Source: Lophium mytilinum
Lineage: Eukaryota
Direction of reading: 5' to 3'
Length of the DNA: 55,448 nt
Assembly (NCBI GenBank): GCA_010093605.1
Contig: MU004187.1
Span: forward strand, 1,054,001 to 1,109,448
Part shown: positions 24,423-35,531 of the stretch, piece by piece
Position numbering within the stretch: the stretch's first letter is position 1
Layout: each line of letters begins with the position of its first letter
The notes under the pieces: generated by a model
The model's database searches: none
Seen by the model: only the letters and a program-made list of their open reading frames with translations
What the model was told of the DNA's origin: nothing
Made by a program: the position numbers and the translations under genes

Positions 24423-25595
24423 ATGGAGTCCTCCGCCGATGAACTTATCTCCACCGAGCTCCACCGCCTCACACGCGACGCAATAGTTCGCGCACTTGCC
24501 ACGCGCCGTCCCATCCTCCACCACCTCAACGCCGACACAACATGGCTCCTCCAGATCCCACGCCCCGCGTCCGCCGTCAAGCACAGCAAGCGCATCTTCT
24601 ACAACATCCTCATCGACCCCTGGTTCACGGGCGGCCAATCCGACGTCGCCTCCTGGTTCTCCCAACAATACCACGCCACGCCTAGCGCCGTGAGCGACAT
24701 CGACGAGGTCGACCAGCTCGCGCGGGAGATCGAAGCCCTCGCCGGCGCCAGCTTCCTCTACCGCAAAACCTACAAAAAGCCGCGCGACGACGAAGAGGAG
24801 CAATACCACGAAGAAGACCGCCACAAGTACATCGACGCCATCGCGATTAGCCACGAGTTCACCGACCACTGCCACACCCCGACCCTCGAAACCGTGCACC
24901 GCGACGTCCCCGTCTTTGTGACCGAGAAGGCCGCGAAGATCGTGAATGCGATGCACCACTTCCGCGACGTTCACGTCGTCCCGACTTTCTCGAAGTATAG
25001 GTGCGACTGGCGCGCGAACTCGCTGCCGCCGCTGCCGGAGTGGCTCAGCATCTCGCGGATTGTCGCTGACAACGACTTCTTAAGCTACCACTCTGCGCTG
25101 ATGATCGCGTTCAACACCGCGCCCTTTGTGTACTCGTTCTCGTCGTCGACGTCGGTGAGCGATGCGGCTGAGGTGGTGATATATACGCCGCATGGAGTCC
25201 CGGCCGCCGCGCTGGCACCGGTCGCGAGTGCGGATCCGCCACTTAGTACGCTCGCGTTCTTGCATGGGCTGCATTCTATCTCGATTGGATCGAAGCAGCA
25301 GCTTAATCTGGGGGGGCATAATGGGCTGCAGGCACAGAAAGTGTTGAATGCGAAGTACTGGGTTGGGACGCATGACGAGGTCAAGACGGGGTTTGGGCTT
25401 ATTAGCTGGTTCTTGAGACGGAAGGTCGTGTCGCTTGAAGAAGCTGTGGCGGAGGCAAGGAGACGGGCGAGGGAGAAAGAGGTGGATGACGACGGACTGT
25501 CCGTGAGCGAGGACACTGATACCTCCTTTGGTGACGAGTGGGAGGATGTCAAGTTTGAGGACATTGCCAATGGCGAGAGCCGTGTGTTGGAGTGA
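24423..25595 (+). CDS. Uncharacterised metallo-beta-lactamase-fold protein
   Basis: LNADTTWL, ILIDPW, ISHEFTDHCH, YTPHG and THDE motifs. Confidence 0.75.
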   Translation: MESSADELISTELHRLTRDAIVRALATRRPILHHLNADTTWLLQIPRPASAVKHSKRIFYNILIDPWFTGGQSDVASWFSQQYHATPSAVSDIDEVDQLAREIEALAGASFLYRKTYKKPRDDEEEQYHEEDRHKYIDAIAISHEFTDHCHTPTLETVHRDVPVFVTEKAAKIVNAMHHFRDVHVVPTFSKYRCDWRANSLPPLPEWLSISRIVADNDFLSYHSALMIAFNTAPFVYSFSSSTSVSDAAEVVIYTPHGVPAAALAPVASADPPLSTLAFLHGLHSISIGSKQQLNLGGHNGLQAQKVLNAKYWVGTHDEVKTGFGLISWFLRRKVVSLEEAVAEARRRAREKEVDDDGLSVSEDTDTSFGDEWEDVKFEDIANGESRVLE

Positions 25596-26045
25596 TCATT
25601 CTGGTTTCGCGATTCAACTATTTCATTCGGCGTACTGGGGACTATCTGGGACTGCAGCATTTATGAGTTAGCGGACGCTGGAACCCCTGGATGGAGCGTG
25701 TTTGCAGTTTTTCGGTTTACAGCGAGGGAGTTGGAGTATGGCTTCTCGTTTTCTAGCATCATAGCGCCATATGAGGTATTTCGATTTTACTAACTAAGCA
25801 TATAGTTGCAGCAGGGGCAACGTGGCAAATCATATGGGTATTAAGTTCGATTCACCCCTGGTTCAATCCATTCAAATTCCTTCGTGTGAACTTCTGCGCT
25901 TGGGAGAAACTCTAGATCGAGGCTTAATGTGTGGCTGTGACTGAGGGTGATCAGTTCAGTGTCGTAGAGGTCGATACTCAACGCCGGGCCCTTTTCCATG
26001 TCCGTCGTGTGCTGTGTGTGATGGCCATCGAAAGAAAGATGGCGT

Positions 26046-26852
26046 TCATCCAACCTTCGTCTTCTTCCCCGCAGGAACATCCTCCTCCTTAACCGTCTCC
26101 TCGCGCACTCGCTTGAAGATACTCTTGCTCTTCATCTGCCCCAACCCCATCTTTCCCGGCTGCCCAAGCGTCTTCTTCATCGCAAAATTCAGCTTAACCG
26201 GTCCCGCCGGCATCTCCACCTTCGGCGCCTCCTCCTTGACCTCCCCCCTGGCCTCCGCCTCCTCCCTCGCCCTCGCCTCCCTCTCCTTCTTCTCTTCCGC
26301 CTCCATCCGCGCCCGCTCCAACATCCTCTTCATCATCCTCTCCTCATGCCTCTCCGTCTCCGCATCCGCCAACTCCATTTCCCTCAACTGCTCCCTCCGC
26401 TTCACCGCCGCCGGACTCACATCCCGCCACGCCACCATCAACGCCCCCTTCTCATCCTCCGACACGTTACAAATCCCCTCCCGTCCCAAATATTTCGCAA
26501 ACTCGGTCAAGCTCGGCCACTTCGTCGCGTTCATGTGCGTATGCTCCTTATTCCCAATATAGCTCTGGTAGAAGTGGTTGATATTGACAGCCTTTTCCCC
26601 GTGGGAGGTGCGGAGCAGTTGGATGAAGTCGTGCTGGAACTCGCGCGAGAACTGCTCGATGTACTTTTTCGGGTCTTCGCCGACGACGTGCATTTGGCGG
26701 ACGTGGGATTCGCTTTGTACGTGGCATTTGAAGCCGTTGGCGTCGCGGCATTGCTTTTCGCAGACTTGGCAGTACCACCGGAGACGTTGCAAGCCTTTGG
26801 ATTTCATTTTGTTCGCGAGGTGCTTCGTTGAGCCGACTTCGGCGCGGCCCAT
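26046..26852 (-). CDS. KIN17: KIN17/Rts2 zinc-finger DNA/RNA-binding protein
   Basis: MKSKGLQRLRWYCQVCEKQCRDANGFKCHVQSESH and HMNATKWPSLTEF. Confidence 0.93.
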   Translation of the reverse strand: MGRAEVGSTKHLANKMKSKGLQRLRWYCQVCEKQCRDANGFKCHVQSESHVRQMHVVGEDPKKYIEQFSREFQHDFIQLLRTSHGEKAVNINHFYQSYIGNKEHTHMNATKWPSLTEFAKYLGREGICNVSEDEKGALMVAWRDVSPAAVKRREQLREMELADAETERHEERMMKRMLERARMEAEEKKEREARAREEAEARGEVKEEAPKVEMPAGPVKLNFAMKKTLGQPGKMGLGQMKSKSIFKRVREETVKEEDVPAGKKTKVG

Positions 26853-27759
26853 GGTGGCGGTTGGGGTGGGGGTGAGGGTGAGGGGCGTGAGGGTGTTGGA
26901 GGGTTGGAAGGGTTTTGTGGAAGTTGCTGTAGTGGTGATGGTAGAGGACGGAGGTTCTGTGAGTCAAGAAGTCGGTGGGCTAGAAAGTATTCTATACAGG
27001 TGCCGTGAAGGTTGCGCGGATGTTGTTGGTATTGCAGAGAGTGAGTGAGGTTTAGGTGGCGGGCGTCGAGACATTGGTCATCCACCGGAGTATTAATTTA
27101 TCCGATACCACGTGACTAATACTCTACTCTTCCAATATATATTTTTCTCCAAGCATCCTCATCAGTTCGGTCGAAAATAGGATTGACCTCTTCCATTACT
27201 GGAACTAGGCTTAAAAGTGCTAGAAGTAGAGTTTTAGTGTACGACTATCAGATCCCTACTCCCACCTATCGCAGTTGCCTCAAGACATGACTTCCAATTG
27301 AAATGTCTTCTCTCAATAACTTTCAAGATCTTTCAAAAAGTATATCAACACATCCATTAAACATAGTATATGACCTTACCTCTGCGTTATTCGGATTTGG
27401 CTCCCGAAGAACATACCGAGATGGCCCCATGGGATTCAGTTCTGCAAAGGCCTTCTTAGAATTAGGGCTCTTAATTCTGTCTTCCTAGGCAATACGGTAG
27501 CCAGCTGGACGGCAAGCTTTCTCAACCCATTCTCCGGCAAACCAATCGATGAAAACCCGTTCTTTTTCATTTCAGGCTTGTGGCTCTCAATATTGGCAGC
27601 CTCTCAGGGTTGACTTTTCTTTTCGTTTCGGAGGCTGAGGCTGAGCCCCGCCACGAGCCTATCTCGTCGTAATTTCAGCCTGACCCTAGCTCTCCATCTT
27701 CTTCATATATCAGCCGCACACTCTAAGACGAAAGTAGTTGCTGGTGATTCATAGCAAGA

Positions 27760-29765
27760 ATGAATATACCTTGGAAACCAGTGCCTAAGATCACAGACAA
27801 TACAGTTCACTTGGACGACCTTCAGATAGCATTCAAGCGTACCGTGAGAGTGCCTGACGATAGCAATAGCTCAGCCTTGCCACCCGGCCTGGGAAACTTT
27901 CCCCTCTTTGAAGTTAGAGAATATGCGAAATCCTTGCCTGCAAATATGGCTGCGAAAGGTGGACTCTTTCTCCCGATGTATCGTATGTACTCTTATTCTA
28001 CCACTTCCTGGGTTTACCAAGCGCTAACACAGTCTAGAACGCGAAGCAATGTGAATAAGGCTACGCTTACAGCATCCGTATGCCGTAAAAATCTTCGTTG
28101 GAGGCGTGAATGCATTTTCCGGTGAGCCTACTTTGGAGACGCATCACACCATACGACAACGCCGCAATCGTGTTGCACAGGAAATTTCTATCCAGGACTA
28201 TGTCGTGATACCCAACCAGGGCTGGCTGGATGGGATCTGTACCGAAGCAAACCGAGTGCGGCAATTTGTCGCCATGCCTCTTGGAAGTGGCTACTCGGTT
28301 GAGGCTCAAGTCACCGGTCAAGAGCTCATCGGCGGCATCCAATTCGAGATCACCCCTGGCGTCATGACTGCTATACCGACAGCGATAACCTTTCCAAACT
28401 TCGCACTCAGAGACTCCAACGAAGATGTTCCGGAGCGGAAGCGGTCTTGGGAGCCAAAGATCAGTCCAATGACCGGTGAACCATTCACAGTGCATGTTTC
28501 GCCTGAGGATACTGCAGACGAGCTAAAGCTACTAATACAGCGCCAAGAAGGAATACCCAAAGCGCACCAGAAGCTCATCTGTGCAGGTCAACGTTGCAAG
28601 GCATGCATGCTGCTTGTGGTGTGTGTGCAAAGTAGCTCATATCTCGTAGGGTCGCAAAAGCTAAAAAAGTACGAGATCCGAAATGTTTGTCTATCAGCGT
28701 GGGTCTATTTAAGACTCTCTCGCTAATAAACACAGAAATCTACGATATATTTGCTCCTGAACTTACGAGGCGGGATGCAAATATCTGTATTTACTCTGAC
28801 TGGCAAGAGAATAACTCTGCAGGTAGATTCGAGTGATACCGTAGACAGTGTGAAGAGTAAGCTCCAAGCCATAGAAGGAATTCCACCAGATCAGCAAAGG
28901 CTTATATTCGATGGGAAACAATTGGAGAGTTCGTAGTCTATCGAGCTCGACTGATATTATGCTTTCTGACGAGTTGTAGATGACAGGACTTTGTCGGACT
29001 ACTACATTGGCCCTGTACGTATTGCCTCGCTTGACCCCAAGCTTCAGCTGACTTGTGACTTAGGACTCCAAACTTCATCTTGTCCTTCGACTGAGAGGCG
29101 GCGGAGACAAAACATTCCCTTCACAAATGAGCATTGCAGCAGGCGGCAAAATCACCCAACCCGTTATCAAAGACCCCGGGATCTACTCCTGGCACCCGCA
29201 ATACACAAAAGTCTTCAACGTCCAGATCCTCAATAGCGCAGGCTTCCAAAAAGTGACCGGTCTCCCCATGCCGGAATCGCCCATCAACCCCGCACTCTAC
29301 AAACGATACGGATATCCGTACTTTGGCACGTACGAAGAACCACTGGCGGAGGTAGTTTCAGGTGACTTCTCACAGGTCAAGTGGGTTGGCCAAATCGATG
29401 GCGTTGCTGAATTATGGAGGGAGAGGGAGGATCGGAAAGACGCGTGGTTCTTTAATTTGAGTGGTCCTTCGTCTGATTTTCGGACTCTGGAGGATCTTGA
29501 AAGGCAGGTGAAACGTGAGATTGAATTGGAAGGTCGAGGAACATCCCATATGGGCGCGTTTCAATTACATAGGGGAATCCAGGAAGCCGTCAGTTTGCGA
29601 GTTGTCTTATACTTCTATCCTTGTAATCCCCTGCTCAAGCCATGTAACCTACAGTTGAGTGTCACTGGGAGAGAAACGGCAATGTTTGTTTCAATAGCTC
29701 TCGCCGTGGTCTCGCTTTCGAACAGAAAAATGAAATCAATCAAAGAACTTCAACAGGACAGTTAA
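27760..29765 (+). pseudogene. Uncharacterised fungal protein with two internal tandem ubiquitin-like units; in-frame TGA in exon 2
   Basis: FKRTVRVPD..LPPGLG.FPL..LPMY|QREAM*I (TGA 28052-28054), then QDYVV.P.Q.WLDG..RQFVAMPLGSGYSVEAQ. UBL1 ends LNLRGG (28774). UBL2 runs [37 protein letters not shown] (29102). C-terminal part MSIAAGGKITQ. Confidence 0.7.
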
Positions 29766-29796
29766 AAAAAAAGCATGAACGATCAAGACGCCCAAA

Positions 29797-32700
29797 TCAC
29801 CTCAAGCTAGGATGCCTCCGCAGCTCCTCAATCAGCAAATGCCGATCATCCAACTCCTGCGCCAAAGTCTCCACCAGCAATCCCGTTCTCCTCGCCGTGT
29901 CAGGGTGTCTCTGCGATTCACTAACCTCCCCCTCCTCGCCGACAATACTCTGGATATCTTGGAGGAGGCTGTCAAACTCCCTCTGTAGCCCGGTTCTGAT
30001 GTCCTCGACCGCGTTATCGGTCACTTCCCATTGGGCATCTTTGATGGTTCGTTTGAGCTCGGAGAAGAGTGTTGTTCCGGCTAGCCTTTGCTGCAGATGG
30101 GCTTTTCGGCGGCGGTCGCTGCCGGTGCCTGTGGGGTGAATTAAGCTTTGATTCACAGTGAATGAAGGGCGACAGGGGTATTCACGCACCGTATTCACTC
30201 TGACAATCCAAATATGTCGCGCGCATCTTGTCTGTGATGTAAGAGCTTGGGTATCCGTTCAACGCGTTGTTTTTTATCCGTCTAGGGAGGGTTTGTTAGA
30301 AGCGTAAGCGGAAGCCGTAAGAGAAGGCTTACTTGATCTGCTCAACGAAGTTGTCTGATGCTGTCTCAAGCATGTCCTCGATACAGTCTCTCTTTGGGCC
30401 AAAGTTCTCAATCAGGTTGCCGAGTGCGTTTGGGGCGAGCTCAAGGCAGTCTGGCGAGGCGTCAGTAGAGCCGTGGAAAGAAGCACTGACTGTATGCTTA
30501 CTGTTAAGAGCCTCCTCTTCTCTTTCAAACATCCCGCTAATGCGCTCAAAGGTGGCATCGATCCTTTCCGCCGCCTGTCGAACCAAGTCGTCCCAATCTG
30601 GTTCGAGATCATCTCGCATCGTCGAGACGATGTCATCGTTCCAATTATGATACCCAGCAGCCGGGGTTTGATAATCTCCGTAGTTACGACAGAAGGCTGC
30701 AAAGGACGCCCAATGCCACTAGCACAAGGTCAATAATGCTTTTAACAGTGCACCAACATGACTTACCCCCATCCATTGACCGCTCACGTTTCTTGCTTCA
30801 AAGGACCAATTTGCCGAATCCTGATCTATTCTAACCGTCAGATTATCAGTATATTCTAGCTCCTGAGGTAGTACACGTACCAAATGAGTCGACGATAGAA
30901 GCACGGAAGTCGTTTTTGAAATTCCGCTTTAGCGCAGAGACAACAGCGTTCCACTATTCGAGTCAGCCAAGTCCGTTATCGAGTATAAAGTACGAACCCC
31001 AGATAACCGATTCCTTGAGCCATCGAGTGCAGCTCTTAAGGCGTCAGCACGTTCCGCAGTGAGCCCATCACTTCCTTGTAGCAACCACTGCCTAATAGAT
31101 CCCAGGAGACTGGGGACCTGATGCTCTAAAAAAGCGGCGACTGCCCCGAATTGGGCGGCGGCAGGGATCAACTGGCAATATTGTCGCAGATCTGGAATGC
31201 CGCTTAGGTTTACGTGTGGTGTGCCTAAGGTGACGTCTTCGTTGCGATACTCGGAGTACTCGACGTTGCTGACGCAGAAGATCCGGAGGTCTCTTTCGAA
31301 GACTCGGTCAGCGTATGTCCCGCGTAGCGATTCTCGCACTCTAGTGTTGCGTCCCTGGACGAGGAACTCTTGGAGCCTTTCATGCTAGTCAGCCTCAATA
31401 TTGTGTGGGCAGCTCTGAGATCGTACCTGAGTTTCGCTAGTTCCAAACCGTCACTGGCAGTCTCAGCGTTAACATAGGCTCGGTATCAATCAGAGCAGAG
31501 AGCTTACCCTATAGTCAGTATCTCTTCGGCATTCCCGGTTCGCTGCCTTCGATCTCTTCTAAGCCTATTCAAGGTACGCTTAAGATGATCTATTCTCGAC
31601 TTAAGGTCTCTGATTCGAGGGGCATCCGCGGGTTGTGAGGCAATAGTCTCATTTGCATTTATATCCTGTATGTTTATCAGTCTACAAATTCAAGGCTATA
31701 TCGTCTGGGAGACTGTTACCTCAGAACGAGTACAGACGATTCGGAGTGGACGCTGGCCGCCGCATCGATTGACGATATCTCGTAGTCCGACATCTGTAGT
31801 CACACGATCGATACGCGCAACCGCGAAGATTTCGTGACAATCCCGCATGTAACGATCTGTAGCGCGGACTCTTGCGTAGTTTAGATCCCTGAGGCCTTCC
31901 AGTAAAGTAAGTATCCCACTATATTGAAAATACATCAGAGAAGAGACTCACCAGGGAGATCGGCTAGAATAACGCCAGATCGAAGAAACAACGATCGGAG
32001 ATAGACTCTGATAATACCGACAAAAGGCCAAAGGACAGGTACTCCGTCTCGACTCCTAACTCTGATGAAAACGTTAAGTTGACGAGTTAAGTCCTCAGCA
32101 TCACTCGCCGTAGCGGAATACCTAGTTGCCGTCGGACCACGAGGCCGATGTCGCTGAACCTCTTCGACCATGCTTTCAAGATCCCTGACAATTTGTGCGG
32201 CCGCGTCTTGGCCTTCCCTCGATAGGTCTTCTTCGGAATACCTGGCATGCTCTCCGAAAATGGAGTTAAGAGCCGCCGCTGCTCTCTCAGCTTTGTCTTT
32301 CACAGCGTCTCTCTCAGCCTGGTTGATTATTTCCCGAAACGCCTCTGTGTTGTATCCTCGATAACTGGACACGAGGTCTTCTAACAGAATTCTGAGCTCC
32401 TCGGGTGACATGTACTCGACCTCAAAGCTATAGTCTGGTCCATCGGGGGTGCGGGGATATCGGTATTCTGTGACGATGTTTGTGCAAGCGCCTCCATCGC
32501 CGCTCTTATAGGAGTTAAGTCAAGCCCGATTAGTTAGAAGGGATTACCACTTACTGATCTGGCGATACCGCGCTCGTCAAGTAGGCTGTTGATCAGACTG
32601 CTTTTGCCTATTTACGTATCAGCTTGAGTTACTGAAGGCCCGCAATTTTCCATACCGACGCCCGAGTCTCCCACAAGCCCAATCGTCCGAGTCTCCGAGT

Positions 32701-33651
32701 ACGCAAATTCCGAAAGCCGGTGGGTCTGTTGGGCCAAGATGGATAGATTCGGAGCTTGGTTGAGGGCCCCCGGGCCAAATTCCATCACCTCGTGTAGCTC
32801 ACGGAGCTCTTCTTTGGTGTCTCGCAGCCCACTTTGTAGCCTTGCATCGTATATCGGTACATCTGGGAGATTTTCGGTCCTTAGGTTGTATTCTAGATCC
32901 TCATTGTTGTAGTTCTGATTGGGTTCTAGTGCTTCGGGGTTAAATCTAATTGCTGTTAGGATGGGTAGTACCACTTACCTGCATCATCATTCAAATATCT
33001 GTCACTCGTGAGGTCTAGGTTTTCAAGACCGACTGCGATTTGTCGTTCTGGAGTGGGCGTAACATTGAACTGTCTGCTGTACGTAGACCGATGGGCGTTC
33101 AATGTAGACGATGGATCCGAATCATGGATTGAACCTTGATCAAGCCGTCGAGGTTACGTCTTGCCATCTTCAATGTGGTAAAAACACTTACCTGTTTTAG
33201 CAGCACTTTCGGCGTCCGAGAGGTTCAGGTTTCCAAGATCGTATTCAATGCTAGGGAGTTGGCGCTCCGGCGTAGGGGTTGCATTGTATTGTCGGCTATA
33301 GGACGAGCGACCAGCGCTTTCGGTTGAACCATCACGCATCGGGGCTCGTCTAGATGTAGATAGATTCGAAGCGTCATCTAGAACTTGCAGTCATAGGTCA
33401 AATACTGCTATCCATAAAGAGAGGTGACCACGTATCAAATTATAGAGCCACCTACCTAAATCATCCGCATCTCTATTCTCTCCGAGCCCAAGATATCCCA
33501 TACCGTTAATGATCCGGGGAATCTCTCGCTCAGGTGTAGGTGTAACATTGTACTGCCTGTTGTATGTCGATATGTAAGCGCTTAGGGTGGGAGAGCCGCT
33601 GGAAGGTGGAGTAAGTATTCCTCCAACATCAGATGAATCGGTGGATGCCAT
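29797..33651 (-). CDS. Dynamin-like (Dynamin_N / SLIP-GC-like) P-loop GTPase, multi-exon
   Basis: Spliced G1 GDSGV|GKSSLINSLL, G2 ACT, G3 DLPG|LRD and G4-like TRSE. About ten short GT-AG introns, then a helical C-terminal region. Confidence 0.8.
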
Positions 33652-35531
33652 TTTGTAGCCTGAGCCCGAATGACTTCGGAAAAATACTACCACGACGAAA
33701 GTCACAACTAGCAGAACGGGGCAGGAAGCTGAATGTACAGCGGGACGGACCGTCGCACTTAATGTTGCAACTCGCAGTCGGGACTGGGGCTGGTCGCAGC
33801 CTTGCTGTGCCGCAGCGCTTCGCCGCCTCAGCCAACTTCTCTCTAACCATTTAGCGTATCCCATCAAACACTTCCCACGCGGCTTCCTGCACCTGGTGGT
33901 TTGCGCATGACGTGTTCACCCATTTTTAGCTCCAGGTTCAACCTGTGCGTTGCCGTTCGGGTGTTATTGGCGCATGTGAGTGAGGACGTTTCGGGATCGC
34001 GAAAGTTCATGTCGCAGCCTTAGTCCAGCCAATAAACCTGAAGAGTGTTGTCTGTCAAAGAACGATATCAAACGTCTGAAAAAGCGAGGCGTTGAATCTA
34101 GTTGATCCGTTGAAGTATGCCATTATGTTGCGGTAATACTGTTTGGCCTTTTCCACGTCCCGCTCTTCTCGCGCCTCTAACTAGGTAGAGGCTCTGCTCC
34201 GACAAGACGTGGGCCACCATCCTTCGTTCTTGACGTTTGTTCTCCGGAATCATGCCAAACCTCAAGGCGTCGACGACGAGACACCCCCGCCTCAACCTTC
34301 GCCTCACAACTCTTCTTGGCTGCCCTCCAAAGTCTCACTGTTCAAGGCCAAAGCACATACACATCCCCAAAAAGAGAACGTCGTGCTTCCTCCTCTCGAG
34401 GCCCACACTTCTATTTTTCCAGCACAAACACCACAGGTACAAGAAAGCAACCCCTTCAAGCCTCAAAGTCGAGTGTTACTACTCCATATGTCGCTGATGA
34501 ATGTGTCGAGGACTCCAAGGCTGGAGATAGACAGGAGAACGGTGCGAATGTGAGACTAAGGGTTGGCGGCTGATTCGACGGTCTTGACGGAGAGGTCTTA
34601 GAGGGCGATGGTGTCCTATGAAAGGTCGTCTATGTCTGGTTTAGCGTTGCGGTCTCGATGCTGCATACAAGTTTTCCGTCGTTTGCTCTGCCTCCTCATT
34701 CTTTCCTATTTTCATCTTCTGAAGTGCTCGGTAAGCCCCTCTAGCTAAGAGGCAATAGTTTGATACGCTCTGGTCTGGCACTTAGCTCAGGAGACTGTCC
34801 TGTAATTTGTTCAAATAACAGAAGATTGACTTATTGCCGCATTCGTTCCGTAGCAATACGGCTGCAAAAGCCATTTGCGCACCGCTTACCTACTTGCCAT
34901 AATCGAATACTACTCATGACTGCTTGATATCACTCACCAGTCCAATTCGGCCAATAGAACGCCATATCGTGCAAATTAGGCAAGATATTTGTGAGTTTGT
35001 GTAGCTATAGCATGCTTTTGTTCAGTTTAGTGGTATATAGGGGCGAGGCTACGGCTCTGATCATTTTGCTCCGGTATTTGTGACTTGCGAATTACAAAGT
35101 GGGTAAAACGCGTTGTTGCGGCATTACGCGTCGTGACAAAATTGTAGGACGATGTCTGCTGGCTGTAATGTCCAGGGCGCGTAGAGCCTGTGGTAGTGAC
35201 TGTACTAGTTGTGAGTCCAATCGCTGAGGATTGCCGGTGTGTGGTGTTCTTCTCTTTCCTGCGGTCTAGCTGAGTTGTGTGACGCTGACATGGGACAGTG
35301 GCGGTGGCGGTGAAAGAGCGAAGTCGCGTGCACGGGGGAAAAGCTTACTAGGTAGCACTAAAGCCATCCCGCCAAGCTCCCTGAAGCTGCTTACCGTCTT
35401 CGTATTCAGACTCTTCTCAGTCAGCAGTAAAGCCACGAAATATACAGTTGGATTTGTGGTTGGTTCTTCTAGGATTCTTTAGAAGTGGCGACGGGCTCGT
35501 GCACGCTACCAGCTCATGCACGGTTCTCTTA

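Noticed and set aside
28751..29102. Canonical polyubiquitin or ubiquitin-ribosomal fusion gene
   Set aside because: The units are too diverged from ubiquitin and lie inside a larger reading frame with no ribosomal tail.
33860..35500. Short ORFs between the dynamin-like gene and the RIP block
   Set aside because: No motifs, signal peptides or consistent splice model were seen.
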